Of a stretch of DNA of 64,000 bases, positions 57,101 through 64,000 are shown piece by piece (position 1 is the first letter of the stretch; each line of letters starts with the position of its first letter). Both the position numbers and the translations under genes were made by a program. The notes below the pieces were generated by a model that searched no databases, was not told where the DNA came from, and saw nothing but the letters and a program-made list of their open reading frames with translations. The stretch is from a virus (lineage: Duplodnaviria; Heunggongvirae; Uroviricota; Caudoviricetes): the IMG/VR virus record IMGVR_UViG_3300029604_000306; one strand, written 5' to 3'.

Positions 57101-58485
57101 ACTACACTTTTCCGGAAGAGCAAAAAGTACCAGATGGTATTACCCCAACACCTACTCCGGAAGGATATGTAAAAGCAGATGCAAAAGGTGAAGTGTATGG
57201 ATTCTATAATAATAATCAAGAGCTGATTTCTATGGTAATGGCTATGTTTGATTTTGAGGCAAGTTCTAGTACTTCAACAAAAAGCACAATCATTAGCAAA
57301 AAAGATGCTTCCGGCTTTGACGAGGCAAAAACAAACGACACATATCAAAAAGGTATGACGGATAAAGAAGTTGATGATAAATGGAAGCTGATAGAATACC
57401 TGAATGAAAAAGGCTTAGACCTGACAAATTACAAAGCAGGCGGCTATGACGATTTGAGATATTCGGCTTTGATTGGTCTTTTTAATGCTTCACATATTAT
57501 CACGGGAACAGCCGTTAAGCAGTACCATGCAGGCCCAGACGGAACAATCAATCCAGTATATAACGATGATGGAAGGATTGTTGGTCAAAATAATACCGAT
57601 GGTATGTCTTATCAAGTGCCGGTTATGGAAACGAAGACAAGACAAGTCAGAAACGAACACGGAGATATCCAAATCGAATACTACACCGGATATAAAACGG
57701 ACTCGGATGGAAACATCGTTTATGAAACAAAGTATGCACCGTGTCCGGGCCATACAAAGTACAGTGGAGCAGTTATTACCCTGCATTTTGATAGTCTGTT
57801 AAATCTTGATGACTGGTGGGAGAAAAACATCTATGGAGTAGATGATTTTGATAAGGAAAACCCTAACTATGAAAGCAGTGACGCAAGTGCAGATACATAT
57901 AGAGCTAAAGAGAATACGCTAAAACGTACAATCCAGTATATTAAAAAGCCGGATTATTATAAGAGTCTGAGTGGAACATGCTCAGAAGGAGAAAACTCTA
58001 CCACAGACAGTTTCAATCCTGGAACGTGGGATGGAGACCAAGCAAAAGTTGCTAAAGAAGTATATGAATTCCTGACAACAAAAATGTCGAGAAAATTAAC
58101 CTCTGAACAGGCAATGGGAGTATTGGTAAATATCTATAGAGAATGCTCATTCAATTATACAGAAGAAGAAATTGGCGGTACTGGATATGGCTTAACTCAA
58201 TGGTCGTTTGGACGCAGAACAAAACTTGTTCAATGGTGTAATGCAAATGGATATCAGTACAATACGCTTGAAGGCCAGCTAAAACGTTTGGAATGCGAAT
58301 TTACGGAAGATACGAGTGATTGGTCCCCGAGCGGAGTAGAAGGATTCTATGCATGTACGACTGCAAGAGAAGCAGGCGAATTCTTTATTACGAATTACGA
58401 AAGGCCTGATGCACAATGTAAAGCGCAGCGTTTAGCCGAGATGGACTCAGATATCGCTACTATTCAGGCAATGCTGCAGTCGTAA
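51163..58485 (+). CDS. giant membrane-anchored protein (~2440 aa): disordered charged N-terminal half with SYExxGQRE repeats, a TM segment, and a C-terminal lysozyme-like (phage-tail-lysozyme-type) domain
   Basis: aagggaggtg RBS. Six or more degenerate repeats (Y[IV]xDSYE[KQM][AS]GQRE). TM at ~aa 1690 (LGPIIIALIIVLAIILCIISYV). The C-terminus NIYRECSFNYTEEEIGGTGYGLTQWSFGRRTKL resembles E…S…GxGLxQW lysozyme-like catalytic regions. Family-B copy B4 is embedded at ~51998-52078. Confidence 0.6.
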   Translation: MLPKEEYISLLANLFQRGLCLDMIDIDGKQDSPDISDEERINFKAADEALSRVDLDELFDNAEILEIPDKYPEFYEYLRELQLERQEDGHGERTIEDVSADEEVEEGEEEPGPEEPHGLSTKDQVLKNIVGGEHTGNQRDSEKYRKGDEMRARLDEERREALSRAAEQERYDNEHRMPLESKLEDERGEAIARAEEQQRQREALRQKELAERPETTVNITSIHDKSKSADGVTNVVKGNIPDESTKHNESKTQYYEPDTFNEERGIHDRQESAHESNTSILTSHEGLNPRSASGHEREARTINKSSDLYQQMQAKDNDTLSDAQDRSHKNDKRDERPEPEKKDNNRSATNEYSSRITNDYAEKDSHITEDINRTGPQVFEPKRENVEQISGHEELNTKSAQDVSHVVKGDTYSDFFGQDRPEVRDERNRADVHNESRYQSSRGSREDSVGAGVLDRKKAEDTSQYHSEAGSEAAVDNTRRTESENKYISDSYEKSGQRDTGETYKRHQYDGGYGGTDKENRLYEAENNHTNRNTERVGPNQGSEYNEGFIYKKDAGINKHAESDGSIVEKRREHDTEGYRSTQGFDKPNSSEPYKASSIPQHEKESVYDGNAISNPDSGNASNGTAQYKREASESKKYINDSYEQAGQRESADIQSHKDTGEDTYASFKPKAYDATKNEDQSSTFVARNERRAYDATANSTDSIARKENGDSHSVLNFGADKRPSAEPASENAKRYVGSSYEMAGQREAERKDRGYENLERQGLADKHTGSVQPPFSDGIGEVEKKYEKSSTRENSASEVTSRRQSAVDDLSKSERVQADNIVRRPISQMPASHTASNQYPGLDGDSHQPSEAKTMTHDQRQDVGNHRDEKPGASAIEEVLRNRAANQENQDANRASGGINERKQTYSRDSYESSGQAPVDEKRKEPYGPGETYSYVGRKDGQADRKVAENRVLKSDKTDVVYPQKRDSSVSSESKNGLQSIKKKDETKVIEITVPSGSGQTHTVRGTVSGAAAVTAVAAALAAREAAKATSDAAKTATDKAEGMVMLKDTSIMSASELAAYASAVNSAQAATQINGKQIADSYALAGQADVETIKINVEQALANAREIAAGTRSGLNVPGVTSGPVGPTSSGATQNFNITRPSIHTLGISGVVKNSNFTDVGMFVLKEGNQVTISRNGKSKRYTVRSDGTIRIDGIVLNVYSVDKDRAFVGWKNAAVYGGKIYTATGTVLDISTDGSIGTTKTLAGLEFHIKRDVKVNAKQMTMAMTIAPALNQPITDADFVKVGDKFISNKVTESYSGLLYQKALNKGKVSQLIFKQKMAMHSVFRAQLLAGAAANMKSIDLKLDLNTLVANYDKILTSISGNSKQFYQMNVFLETRYLSDIERQYLFDAKAKLKHLGLTENTDTLKELLAGGGLSPEAASAITDYLNVYENTREKIIRKGVLGDQSIGDFKVERAFYAAALPYVLQARGLPSDKKALKKLLKAGTTSKETKELIRNVFKLQRRMFLLNLTETTLTAYAKGAVKAVKNGYRKIKSLANRYMGDDYTMRGLLMMESIIVGSAMKAYRTSRKIKWMRENAGRLLNSSIRLGKSIGNAAVAGYRGAKAGIHAVHMGGRAARKGFQYLRKNGLKKTLKKGVKKLRMKGTKVVRKGVLKVAKVAQKAAIKAIQAAIKLIQTLISALVAALGPIIIALIIVLAIILCIISYVKNAGNEVYYDAGDEDTTEVLQEMVDVLTLCHNSFRSELSNHFGGTSSTGSASGTDGSTMNAPQLQKGDSSKVQGLYDVTEGTWWNYEFTYQYIHGNWASGTRQQALDNKVTVEGNGNYAVVDQNGTKMYMAAFGSYWGKVGDVLKVEFNNEFTIGSQPASNTMYIIIADEKAWKDTGYPAEQEGIYGHHLGSHRDFAEFIGYGSKPAGLNGNGLIPTTATNMGSILDGTFDSSTIGTGSAASSVSVNADILYRQEIDQDVYRDILNRDKNIYYTFPEEQKVPDGITPTPTPEGYVKADAKGEVYGFYNNNQELISMVMAMFDFEASSSTSTKSTIISKKDASGFDEAKTNDTYQKGMTDKEVDDKWKLIEYLNEKGLDLTNYKAGGYDDLRYSALIGLFNASHIITGTAVKQYHAGPDGTINPVYNDDGRIVGQNNTDGMSYQVPVMETKTRQVRNEHGDIQIEYYTGYKTDSDGNIVYETKYAPCPGHTKYSGAVITLHFDSLLNLDDWWEKNIYGVDDFDKENPNYESSDASADTYRAKENTLKRTIQYIKKPDYYKSLSGTCSEGENSTTDSFNPGTWDGDQAKVAKEVYEFLTTKMSRKLTSEQAMGVLVNIYRECSFNYTEEEIGGTGYGLTQWSFGRRTKLVQWCNANGYQYNTLEGQLKRLECEFTEDTSDWSPSGVEGFYACTTAREAGEFFITNYERPDAQCKAQRLAEMDSDIATIQAMLQS
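51998..52078 (+). repeat. family-B repeat, copy B4 (3' half, in-frame inside the giant CDS)
   Basis: ttttaacttcgcacgagggtttgaatccacgttcagcg…, translated …ILTSHEGLNPRSASGHE…. Confidence 0.5.
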
Positions 58486-58596
58486 TATCGTGTATGTTCG
58501 ACGCATGATTGTGGTACGGGCGGAGCACTCCGCCCGTCATTGCGTCAGGCAAGGAAACCGCAAGCTGTGTTTGTAAGCGGTAGGAGGATGATAAAA

Positions 58597-60369
58597 TTGA
58601 GAAAAAAACAAAAACAAAATAAACATAGAGAACGCTTAATTGCGGGAGTCGTGGCCATAATCCTTGTTTTAGCACTTATACTCACAAGTATTGCCGCGTC
58701 TCGCGTACCGGTTTATGCGGCTGTGGCCTCTACTACAGGAACTTCAACCGTCAAATCAAAAGCAAATAAATCCGGGCAAAAAAAAGCGACCCCAACACCA
58801 ACGACAATGCCAAAAAAAGAAAAAAAAGCATTGGAAAAAATAATGAAAGGATTATCTACGTTTCATTATAAAGCATACGAATGGGCGGGATTAACCGTCG
58901 GAGGCATGCCGTTCGCTTTGGCGGAGGGGATTTATAATATATCTGATTTAAATACTGATGGAACAAAAACGCCAATATTTTGGAAAAATGAAGATACAGA
59001 ATCAGAAATGAAAGATTTTTACTCTTCTACGAATTGGAATGAATTTGAAGGAATGTATGAAACAGTTGAGCTGAGTAATAGCTGCGAAGCGGTTTTGTCT
59101 GATGAGGTTGCAAAGTATGAAGACCTGATGGACAAAGCGGCGGAAGATAATGGTTTTAAAACGTATAAGGAGATATTTAAGGCAATTGCGCAAGCAAGGT
59201 TTAATGAGCATAAAGATGAGTATGAAGCCATGAAAAAAGATATAAAAGGAGAGGGCAGCGATAAGTTTGATTTATTTCATATCAATGGTTCATGGCTGGC
59301 AGATACAAGCAACGGAGACGTTACTCCGGTAAGCAGCAAAGCAAATGTCTCGCCGAAAGACGAATATGGAGAAGATGAAAGGCTAAACCTAGCAAATAAG
59401 AAAAAAGAGGCTGGAAAATACACAGTGCAGGAATCCATAGATGCCGCGGCAAAGGCCTTTGCGAATATGGTGGAAGAAGCAGTCTATCCATCACCTTATA
59501 ATACTGATTCATTGATATGTGTTGTCCAGGGATTTGAATTTGGTGGAAGTTCTAAAGCAATAAAAAATCAATATAATAGGTCACCACTAAAACTTGATGA
59601 AGAAACCGGGTTTGTTACATTTACGGACTATTGTAACAACAAGGCGTCAAGTAGTAAAAACCAATCCGCAGAAAAAGAAGAGGTGGATTATGACTCTATC
59701 ATTGAGGCTTATGCAAAAGTAATCGCCCATGGTGAAGAAAGAGCTAATGCTGATGATGAAAATGGCAAATATAAATATTCGGACCAGAAGTTTTATCAAA
59801 AGGTATTTGAAAATTATAAATGCTCTGGCGGTGGTTCTGGAAACCTGGACATGGGACAATTACCGGATGATATGAAAGAGATACTGAAAAAGTGTATGGC
59901 GACATGGGATAGTAAAGTGACAAAAGAAAGGCGTGAGATTATACAGCAGGGAGTTATGCTGTATGGCGTGACGTATTCGATGGACTATGCCAGAACTGAC
60001 ATTGATAATCCAAAGTATCTAGATTGCTCGTCTTTCGTTGGACAAAGTTATTGGAGGGCTGGTGTTCTTGATAAAAGTGCAGCTAGTTGGTGTACCGGAG
60101 ATTTTTGCGACGCGGGTAAAGGGTTTAAGCAAATAGATGCTGCTCAATTGATACCAGGTGACTTTGGACAAAAGACATGGACACCTGGAGGTAGCGGTGG
60201 CAATGAACATATTGGAATATATCTTGGAACGGTCGATGGGACTATGTACTGGCTTCACTGTACAAGCTGGTCTCCAGAAGCACCAAATACAAAATATGCA
60301 CCAGGAAAAGGCGTTGTTATAAATGACTATAAAGGTTTTAAAGCGTATGGACAGTACCCAGGACTATGA
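58597..60369 (+). CDS. secreted NlpC/P60-family peptidoglycan endopeptidase (cell-wall hydrolase)
   Basis: Signal anchor. The C-terminal YLDCSSFVGQSYWRAG (Cys motif) plus HIGIYLG…WLHCTS (His) form the NlpC/P60 catalytic core. taggagga RBS with a TTG at 58597 (or the ATG at 58588). Confidence 0.75.
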   Translation: MRKKQKQNKHRERLIAGVVAIILVLALILTSIAASRVPVYAAVASTTGTSTVKSKANKSGQKKATPTPTTMPKKEKKALEKIMKGLSTFHYKAYEWAGLTVGGMPFALAEGIYNISDLNTDGTKTPIFWKNEDTESEMKDFYSSTNWNEFEGMYETVELSNSCEAVLSDEVAKYEDLMDKAAEDNGFKTYKEIFKAIAQARFNEHKDEYEAMKKDIKGEGSDKFDLFHINGSWLADTSNGDVTPVSSKANVSPKDEYGEDERLNLANKKKEAGKYTVQESIDAAAKAFANMVEEAVYPSPYNTDSLICVVQGFEFGGSSKAIKNQYNRSPLKLDEETGFVTFTDYCNNKASSSKNQSAEKEEVDYDSIIEAYAKVIAHGEERANADDENGKYKYSDQKFYQKVFENYKCSGGGSGNLDMGQLPDDMKEILKKCMATWDSKVTKERREIIQQGVMLYGVTYSMDYARTDIDNPKYLDCSSFVGQSYWRAGVLDKSAASWCTGDFCDAGKGFKQIDAAQLIPGDFGQKTWTPGGSGGNEHIGIYLGTVDGTMYWLHCTSWSPEAPNTKYAPGKGVVINDYKGFKAYGQYPGL

Positions 60370-60385
60370 TATGGAGGATAAATGT

Positions 60386-61060
60386 ATGAAATTAAAAAGA
60401 ATAGTGAGATTTAGTTTGATAATTGGATTTGTTGCCTTATTTTTCATACAATCAACGAATGTATTTGCAAACAGCAATGAAAGTGAAACAAGCGAAGAGG
60501 ATTTGAATGAAGATGATGAGTTACCAGATACTTTTTATCGTCCTAAATCAACTTTTACTTCTTCTTATGATTATGAAGAATATTGCAAAGAAATGTACCG
60601 ACATGGATATATGGATGAGAACTATAATTGGACACCAGCGGCTCAAAATTATATTGATAACATGAATGCTGAAACATTAGAAACACTTAATAAAGATGCC
60701 AAAGGAACGGTAGAACAGAGGGTTGCAGATGGCGAAATGAAACAAATAGACAATCCGTACATTTCATATGATGAATGGAAAAGGTTATCAGAAGAGAACA
60801 ACAAAAATAAAAATAGCAAAAACGAAAGCAACGCTGACACACAAACAGAAAGTGAATCTTCAAGCGAAGGCAATACTGAGATTTCAGAATCACCGTCTGA
60901 AGACGATAATACAATCACAGTAACGCCAGAAGAGGAGCAAGCAGAGAAGGAAGACGAAAAACCAAGTTCTCTTGCAAACCGCATAAAACTTGTGTTTATG
61001 GTATTATTAGCAGTAGGCATTGCACTTGTTACATATTCTATTTATAAAAAACAATTCTAA
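60386..61060 (+). CDS. hypothetical secreted acidic protein with a C-terminal TM (224 aa)
   Basis: atggaggata RBS. Signal peptide MKLKRIVRFSLIIGFVALFFIQSTNVFA. C-terminal LVFMVLLAVGIALVTYSIY. Confidence 0.55.
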   Translation: MKLKRIVRFSLIIGFVALFFIQSTNVFANSNESETSEEDLNEDDELPDTFYRPKSTFTSSYDYEEYCKEMYRHGYMDENYNWTPAAQNYIDNMNAETLETLNKDAKGTVEQRVADGEMKQIDNPYISYDEWKRLSEENNKNKNSKNESNADTQTESESSSEGNTEISESPSEDDNTITVTPEEEQAEKEDEKPSSLANRIKLVFMVLLAVGIALVTYSIYKKQF

Positions 61061-61070
61061 AAAAAGGAAA

Positions 61071-61103
61071 AGAGAGCCAAAAATATACGGCTCTTTTTTT
61101 TTG
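61071..61103 (+). terminator. rho-independent terminator
   Basis: agagagccaaaaatatacggctct followed by T9. Confidence 0.6.
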
Positions 61104-61144
61104 TATAAAAAAAATAAATCATATAACACTCTGCAATTTTTTCT

Positions 61145-61152
61145 GCATATTA
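61145..61152 (+). promoter_or_regulatory. GCATATTA box P27
   Basis: ttttctgcatattaaaag lies upstream of 61228. Confidence 0.5.
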
Positions 61153-61227
61153 AAAGAGAACAGGAAATGCACAGCATATATTGCTTAGTTTTGAAATTAC
61201 AACTGCAGAAAAAAGAGGAGGATAAAA

Positions 61228-62388
61228 ATGGATTTAAAAGCATTTAATACAGCACAGGAAATTATTGCATGTAAAAACCCAATGGTGTCACACTGGGTCA
61301 TTGCTGTTGATATTGGTTTTTCAGGAGTAAAGGGAATGTCTCCGAATAAAAGGTTTTGCTTTCCGTCTTATGTTAAACAGATTGAAAGCAATCTGATGTC
61401 GGTAGATGAAGAAGATATCTATTATAGGGATGAAGAAGGCCTGTATATGATTGGAACAAAAGCACAGGACCTTGTCCGAGCCGATGATACTAACGATACA
61501 GGTTCTACGTTTGACAGAAACCGATATTTTACAAAGGAATTCATCATTCTTGCCAGGACGGCTGTAGCTATCGGATTGATGAGCAATGAAGTAAGAGAGG
61601 GAGGGCCACAGATTAAGCCATTTATCCAAACTGGACTTCCAGCCGCATACCTGAAAGCAGATGCGCCGAAAATCAAAAGCGCATTCACAGCACAGGGTGT
61701 TTATGAGGTAAAAATCGGTACTGGTAGATGGATTCGTTTTGAAAACAATTTAAGAAATAGTGATGTGAGCGTCATGTCTCAGCCAGCCGGAACCTTAAAT
61801 TCCATTCTGTTCAATGATGAAGGAGAACGACGAGATGAAGCTAAAGAATTGATGGCAGAAAATATCATCATCGCTGATATTGGATTTGGCACGTTTGACC
61901 CATACGGAATCATCAATAGGAAGAAGGTTTTGGAGGAATCTATCAACAATCTCGGAATGAAACGAGTATTGGAGACGGCGGCTGAGTATATTTTTAAAGA
62001 TTATCAGATGGATATCCGTATTCCACAAATGAGGAAATACATGAAAGACGGATATTTCAAGGTGGTTGATATCCGGCAGATGACCAGTAAAAAAATCCCG
62101 TTGGACGGATACATTGAAAAGGCGTGCAAGGAAGTGGCAACGCAGGCGGCGAAGAAACTGTATGAAATGGCAGAATATTTCACCGATTACGATGTACTTG
62201 TTGTGACTGGTGGAACCGGTGCAGCATGGATTCAATATTTCAGGGAGACGTTATCAGGATTGGAAGATTTGAAGATTATTCCTGGAAACGATGGAAACGA
62301 GCTTCCAATTTATTACGCAAACGCAAGGGGATATTATATGTCCGCTTATAGACGATTGAGAAAAGAGAGGACAGGTAAAAGTGAATGA
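61228..62388 (+). CDS. parM: actin-like ATPase of the ParM/Alp plasmid-segregation family
   Basis: Phosphate-1 VIAVDIGFSGVKG, phosphate-2 IIADIGFGTFDP, adenosine VVTGGTGAAW. aaaagaggagga RBS. Confidence 0.75.
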   Translation: MDLKAFNTAQEIIACKNPMVSHWVIAVDIGFSGVKGMSPNKRFCFPSYVKQIESNLMSVDEEDIYYRDEEGLYMIGTKAQDLVRADDTNDTGSTFDRNRYFTKEFIILARTAVAIGLMSNEVREGGPQIKPFIQTGLPAAYLKADAPKIKSAFTAQGVYEVKIGTGRWIRFENNLRNSDVSVMSQPAGTLNSILFNDEGERRDEAKELMAENIIIADIGFGTFDPYGIINRKKVLEESINNLGMKRVLETAAEYIFKDYQMDIRIPQMRKYMKDGYFKVVDIRQMTSKKIPLDGYIEKACKEVATQAAKKLYEMAEYFTDYDVLVVTGGTGAAWIQYFRETLSGLEDLKIIPGNDGNELPIYYANARGYYMSAYRRLRKERTGKSE

Positions 62389-63359
62389 TGAAGGTAGAAG
62401 TAAAACTGTATTCCTATCATGACATGGACCTGGTTGGCCTGTATAAAACAGGGAAAGTTTCCTTTCCTGAAACAACCAGGCAAGTACTAAATTCTTATGC
62501 CCGTGGCGAAGTGTATAAAGTCAAATTATTACACACGAATGATAAAAGGCTCGCCAAGTATCCAAAGACGAGCTTCCGGAAGTATTATCACTATCATGTG
62601 GTACTGGATGGAAAGGAAGACTCTGATGCGATTTCCTTGCTGCATAAAATAACACCAGGATACAGAAACAATTTCATTAAAGTCGTACTACGTCAATATC
62701 TTTGCGGTGTTTTTCTTGAAGAGTACTGTGTCAATGGGGATACATCGTTTTTCAATGAAATGTCACGAAAATTTCAGGGTGGAAGAGATGAGAAAGAAAT
62801 AAGACAGACAAAAAAAGAAAGAGATAAATGCACCCAAACAGAACTCAAAAGCCCTGATGTGACGACGAGAACTTTAATAGAATCTGGTAGCGAGTCCGAC
62901 TTTGTCGGCGAGTTATCAATAGAATCTGGTAACGAATCCGGCAGAGCCGGCGAGTTGACAAAAACAGCAAGCAGAGGAGCTAAACTAAAAGAAAAACAAA
63001 AAAAAGGAATAACAGATGACACGGTTGACACTGATGAACGGAGTTTATGGGACAATGTAAAAGATGAGAATGAATCCAGGTATGTTGAGCTGCCTACAGA
63101 AAAGCATGAAGCAGAACCAGCAGATATCGTAAAAAATACTGAGCACAAGGCCCTGATAAATGATAAGGCAAAGAGTATTGAGCCTGGCTCCAAAGATAAT
63201 AACAACAAGATAAAAGAAGATTCATTCGAATTGTCAAACAATAAAACCATGACAACCGCACACACTGACGCACATCCAAATATAGCGAATAGCGTTCAAT
63301 CCTATAGCGATGAGGATGATTTCGACGAGTTCCTTGACGAAATGACAGAACAATATTAA
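62385..63359 (+). CDS. hypothetical protein downstream of parM (possible segregation adaptor). Its C-terminal half contains an in-frame family-A repeat insertion.
   Basis: It overlaps the parM stop (ATGA). Nucleotides ~62870-62960 are family-A units translated …ESGSESDFVGELSIESGNESGRAGELT…. Confidence 0.4.
   Translation: MMKVEVKLYSYHDMDLVGLYKTGKVSFPETTRQVLNSYARGEVYKVKLLHTNDKRLAKYPKTSFRKYYHYHVVLDGKEDSDAISLLHKITPGYRNNFIKVVLRQYLCGVFLEEYCVNGDTSFFNEMSRKFQGGRDEKEIRQTKKERDKCTQTELKSPDVTTRTLIESGSESDFVGELSIESGNESGRAGELTKTASRGAKLKEKQKKGITDDTVDTDERSLWDNVKDENESRYVELPTEKHEAEPADIVKNTEHKALINDKAKSIEPGSKDNNNKIKEDSFELSNNKTMTTAHTDAHPNIANSVQSYSDEDDFDEFLDEMTEQY
62870..62960 (+). repeat. family-A hairpin repeat (2 units) inside a CDS
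   Basis: aatctggtagcgagtccgactttgtcggcgagttatcaatagaatctggtaacgaatccggcagagccggcgagttga. Confidence 0.55.
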
Positions 63360-63371
63360 GGAGATGATTAT

Positions 63372-63659
63372 ATGTACAACAGACAGGATGTATTTAAAAA
63401 GCATATTCAAAAAAAGGCAGAAGAGTTAAACGACCTTTGTAAAACACTTGGTGTGGTTTCTTTTATGTCTTTTGCCATTAAAGATAACGGGGTCTCTACT
63501 GATTATAAAAACTATATTTATGGCAGCACATCAAACGGTATTCGTTTATCAAATGACCAGATACGCGGACATGTAAATGTATCAAATGGATTCCAGACGG
63601 TTCCACCTGGTGACAATATTGATGCTGATGATTATATGGATGATATTGATGATAATTAA
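63372..63659 (+). CDS. hypothetical protein (95 aa)
   Basis: attaaggagatgattatATG. Confidence 0.5.
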   Translation: MYNRQDVFKKHIQKKAEELNDLCKTLGVVSFMSFAIKDNGVSTDYKNYIYGSTSNGIRLSNDQIRGHVNVSNGFQTVPPGDNIDADDYMDDIDDN

Positions 63660-63670
63660 GGTGAATACAA

Positions 63671-64000
63671 ATGGCAAAAACAAAAATCATAATCATTGCT
63701 GAGAAAGGAGCAAACAAATACGAACCTGGAAAGATGCAGGGAATTGGCATCAAAATGTATATACTTAACAATGCGGCCGGTTTGAGTAGCGTGCGAGAGT
63801 TAAAAGGGAAGGATGCTGGCCCATGTCATTGTTATATTATTGGCAAAAGTCCGAAATATTGCGAATCCATAGAAAAGACAATCAGAATAAATAAAACAAA
63901 ATGGAAAATAGTAAAGACCTGCAAAAACGAAGACGAAATCATGAAACTCGAAAATAGGGAGTTTTTAAAGAAGGTTGAAGAGTCTGCAAAATTTAAAAAA
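63671..64000 (+). CDS. hypothetical protein, 5' part (runs off the window)
   Basis: ATG at ~63671 after an aaggtga RBS. No stop before the window end (not in the ORF track for that reason). Confidence 0.4.
   Translation, partial: MAKTKIIIIAEKGANKYEPGKMQGIGIKMYILNNAAGLSSVRELKGKDAGPCHCYIIGKSPKYCESIEKTIRINKTKWKIVKTCKNEDEIMKLENREFLKKVEESAKFKK

Overview
The window is AT-rich, low-GC Firmicutes/Clostridia-type DNA (strong GGAGG ribosome-binding sites, a class-B-like TLSTC sortase). It reads as part of a large conjugative plasmid or ICE rather than chromosome. It holds four recognisable modules and a background of repeats and promoter-like boxes. (i) 0-8.6 kb: about 14 small or mid-sized ORFs of unknown function, almost all on the + strand, most preceded by its own rho-independent terminator and a conserved promoter-like box. 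(ii) 8.8-28 kb: a cell-envelope and surface module with an FtsH-like AAA metalloprotease, a CobB/Sir2 deacylase, a VirB2/TrbC-like pilin candidate, a J-domain membrane protein, signal peptidase I, an SGNH hydrolase, a sortase and two large surface proteins carrying unusual V[KE]TGD sorting signals, plus two BspA-type LRR proteins. (iii) 28-37 kb: a sigma-70-family sigma factor, an SPFH/stomatin protein, an SSB-like two-OB-fold protein and a DnaN-like sliding clamp. (iv) 37-64 kb: an intact TnpB/Cas12-like RuvC nuclease on the minus strand driven by the element's own promoter box, a VirD4/TraG-type coupling protein, topoisomerase III, a RecD2-like SF1 helicase, a 2441-aa membrane protein with a lysozyme-like C-terminus, an NlpC/P60 hydrolase, and a ParM-like actin ATPase. 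Running through all of this are at least 27 copies of a promoter-like box (G)GCATATT(A/G) placed 20-45 nt upstream of start codons and usually just after a terminator. There are also two dispersed families of structured repeats: family A is tandem ~41-nt hairpin units with compensatory stem changes and G·U-tolerant positions, and family B is an ~80-90-nt element sitting within reading frames in three places. A roughly 1.5-kb ORF-poor, GC-enriched stretch (about 29.95-31.45 kb) may encode a large ncRNA, and a compact convergent cassette at 4.7-5.1 kb looks like a type I toxin-antitoxin locus. No rRNA, tRNA or CRISPR array was found. All non-CDS coordinates are approximate (about ±3 nt) because they were read by eye.
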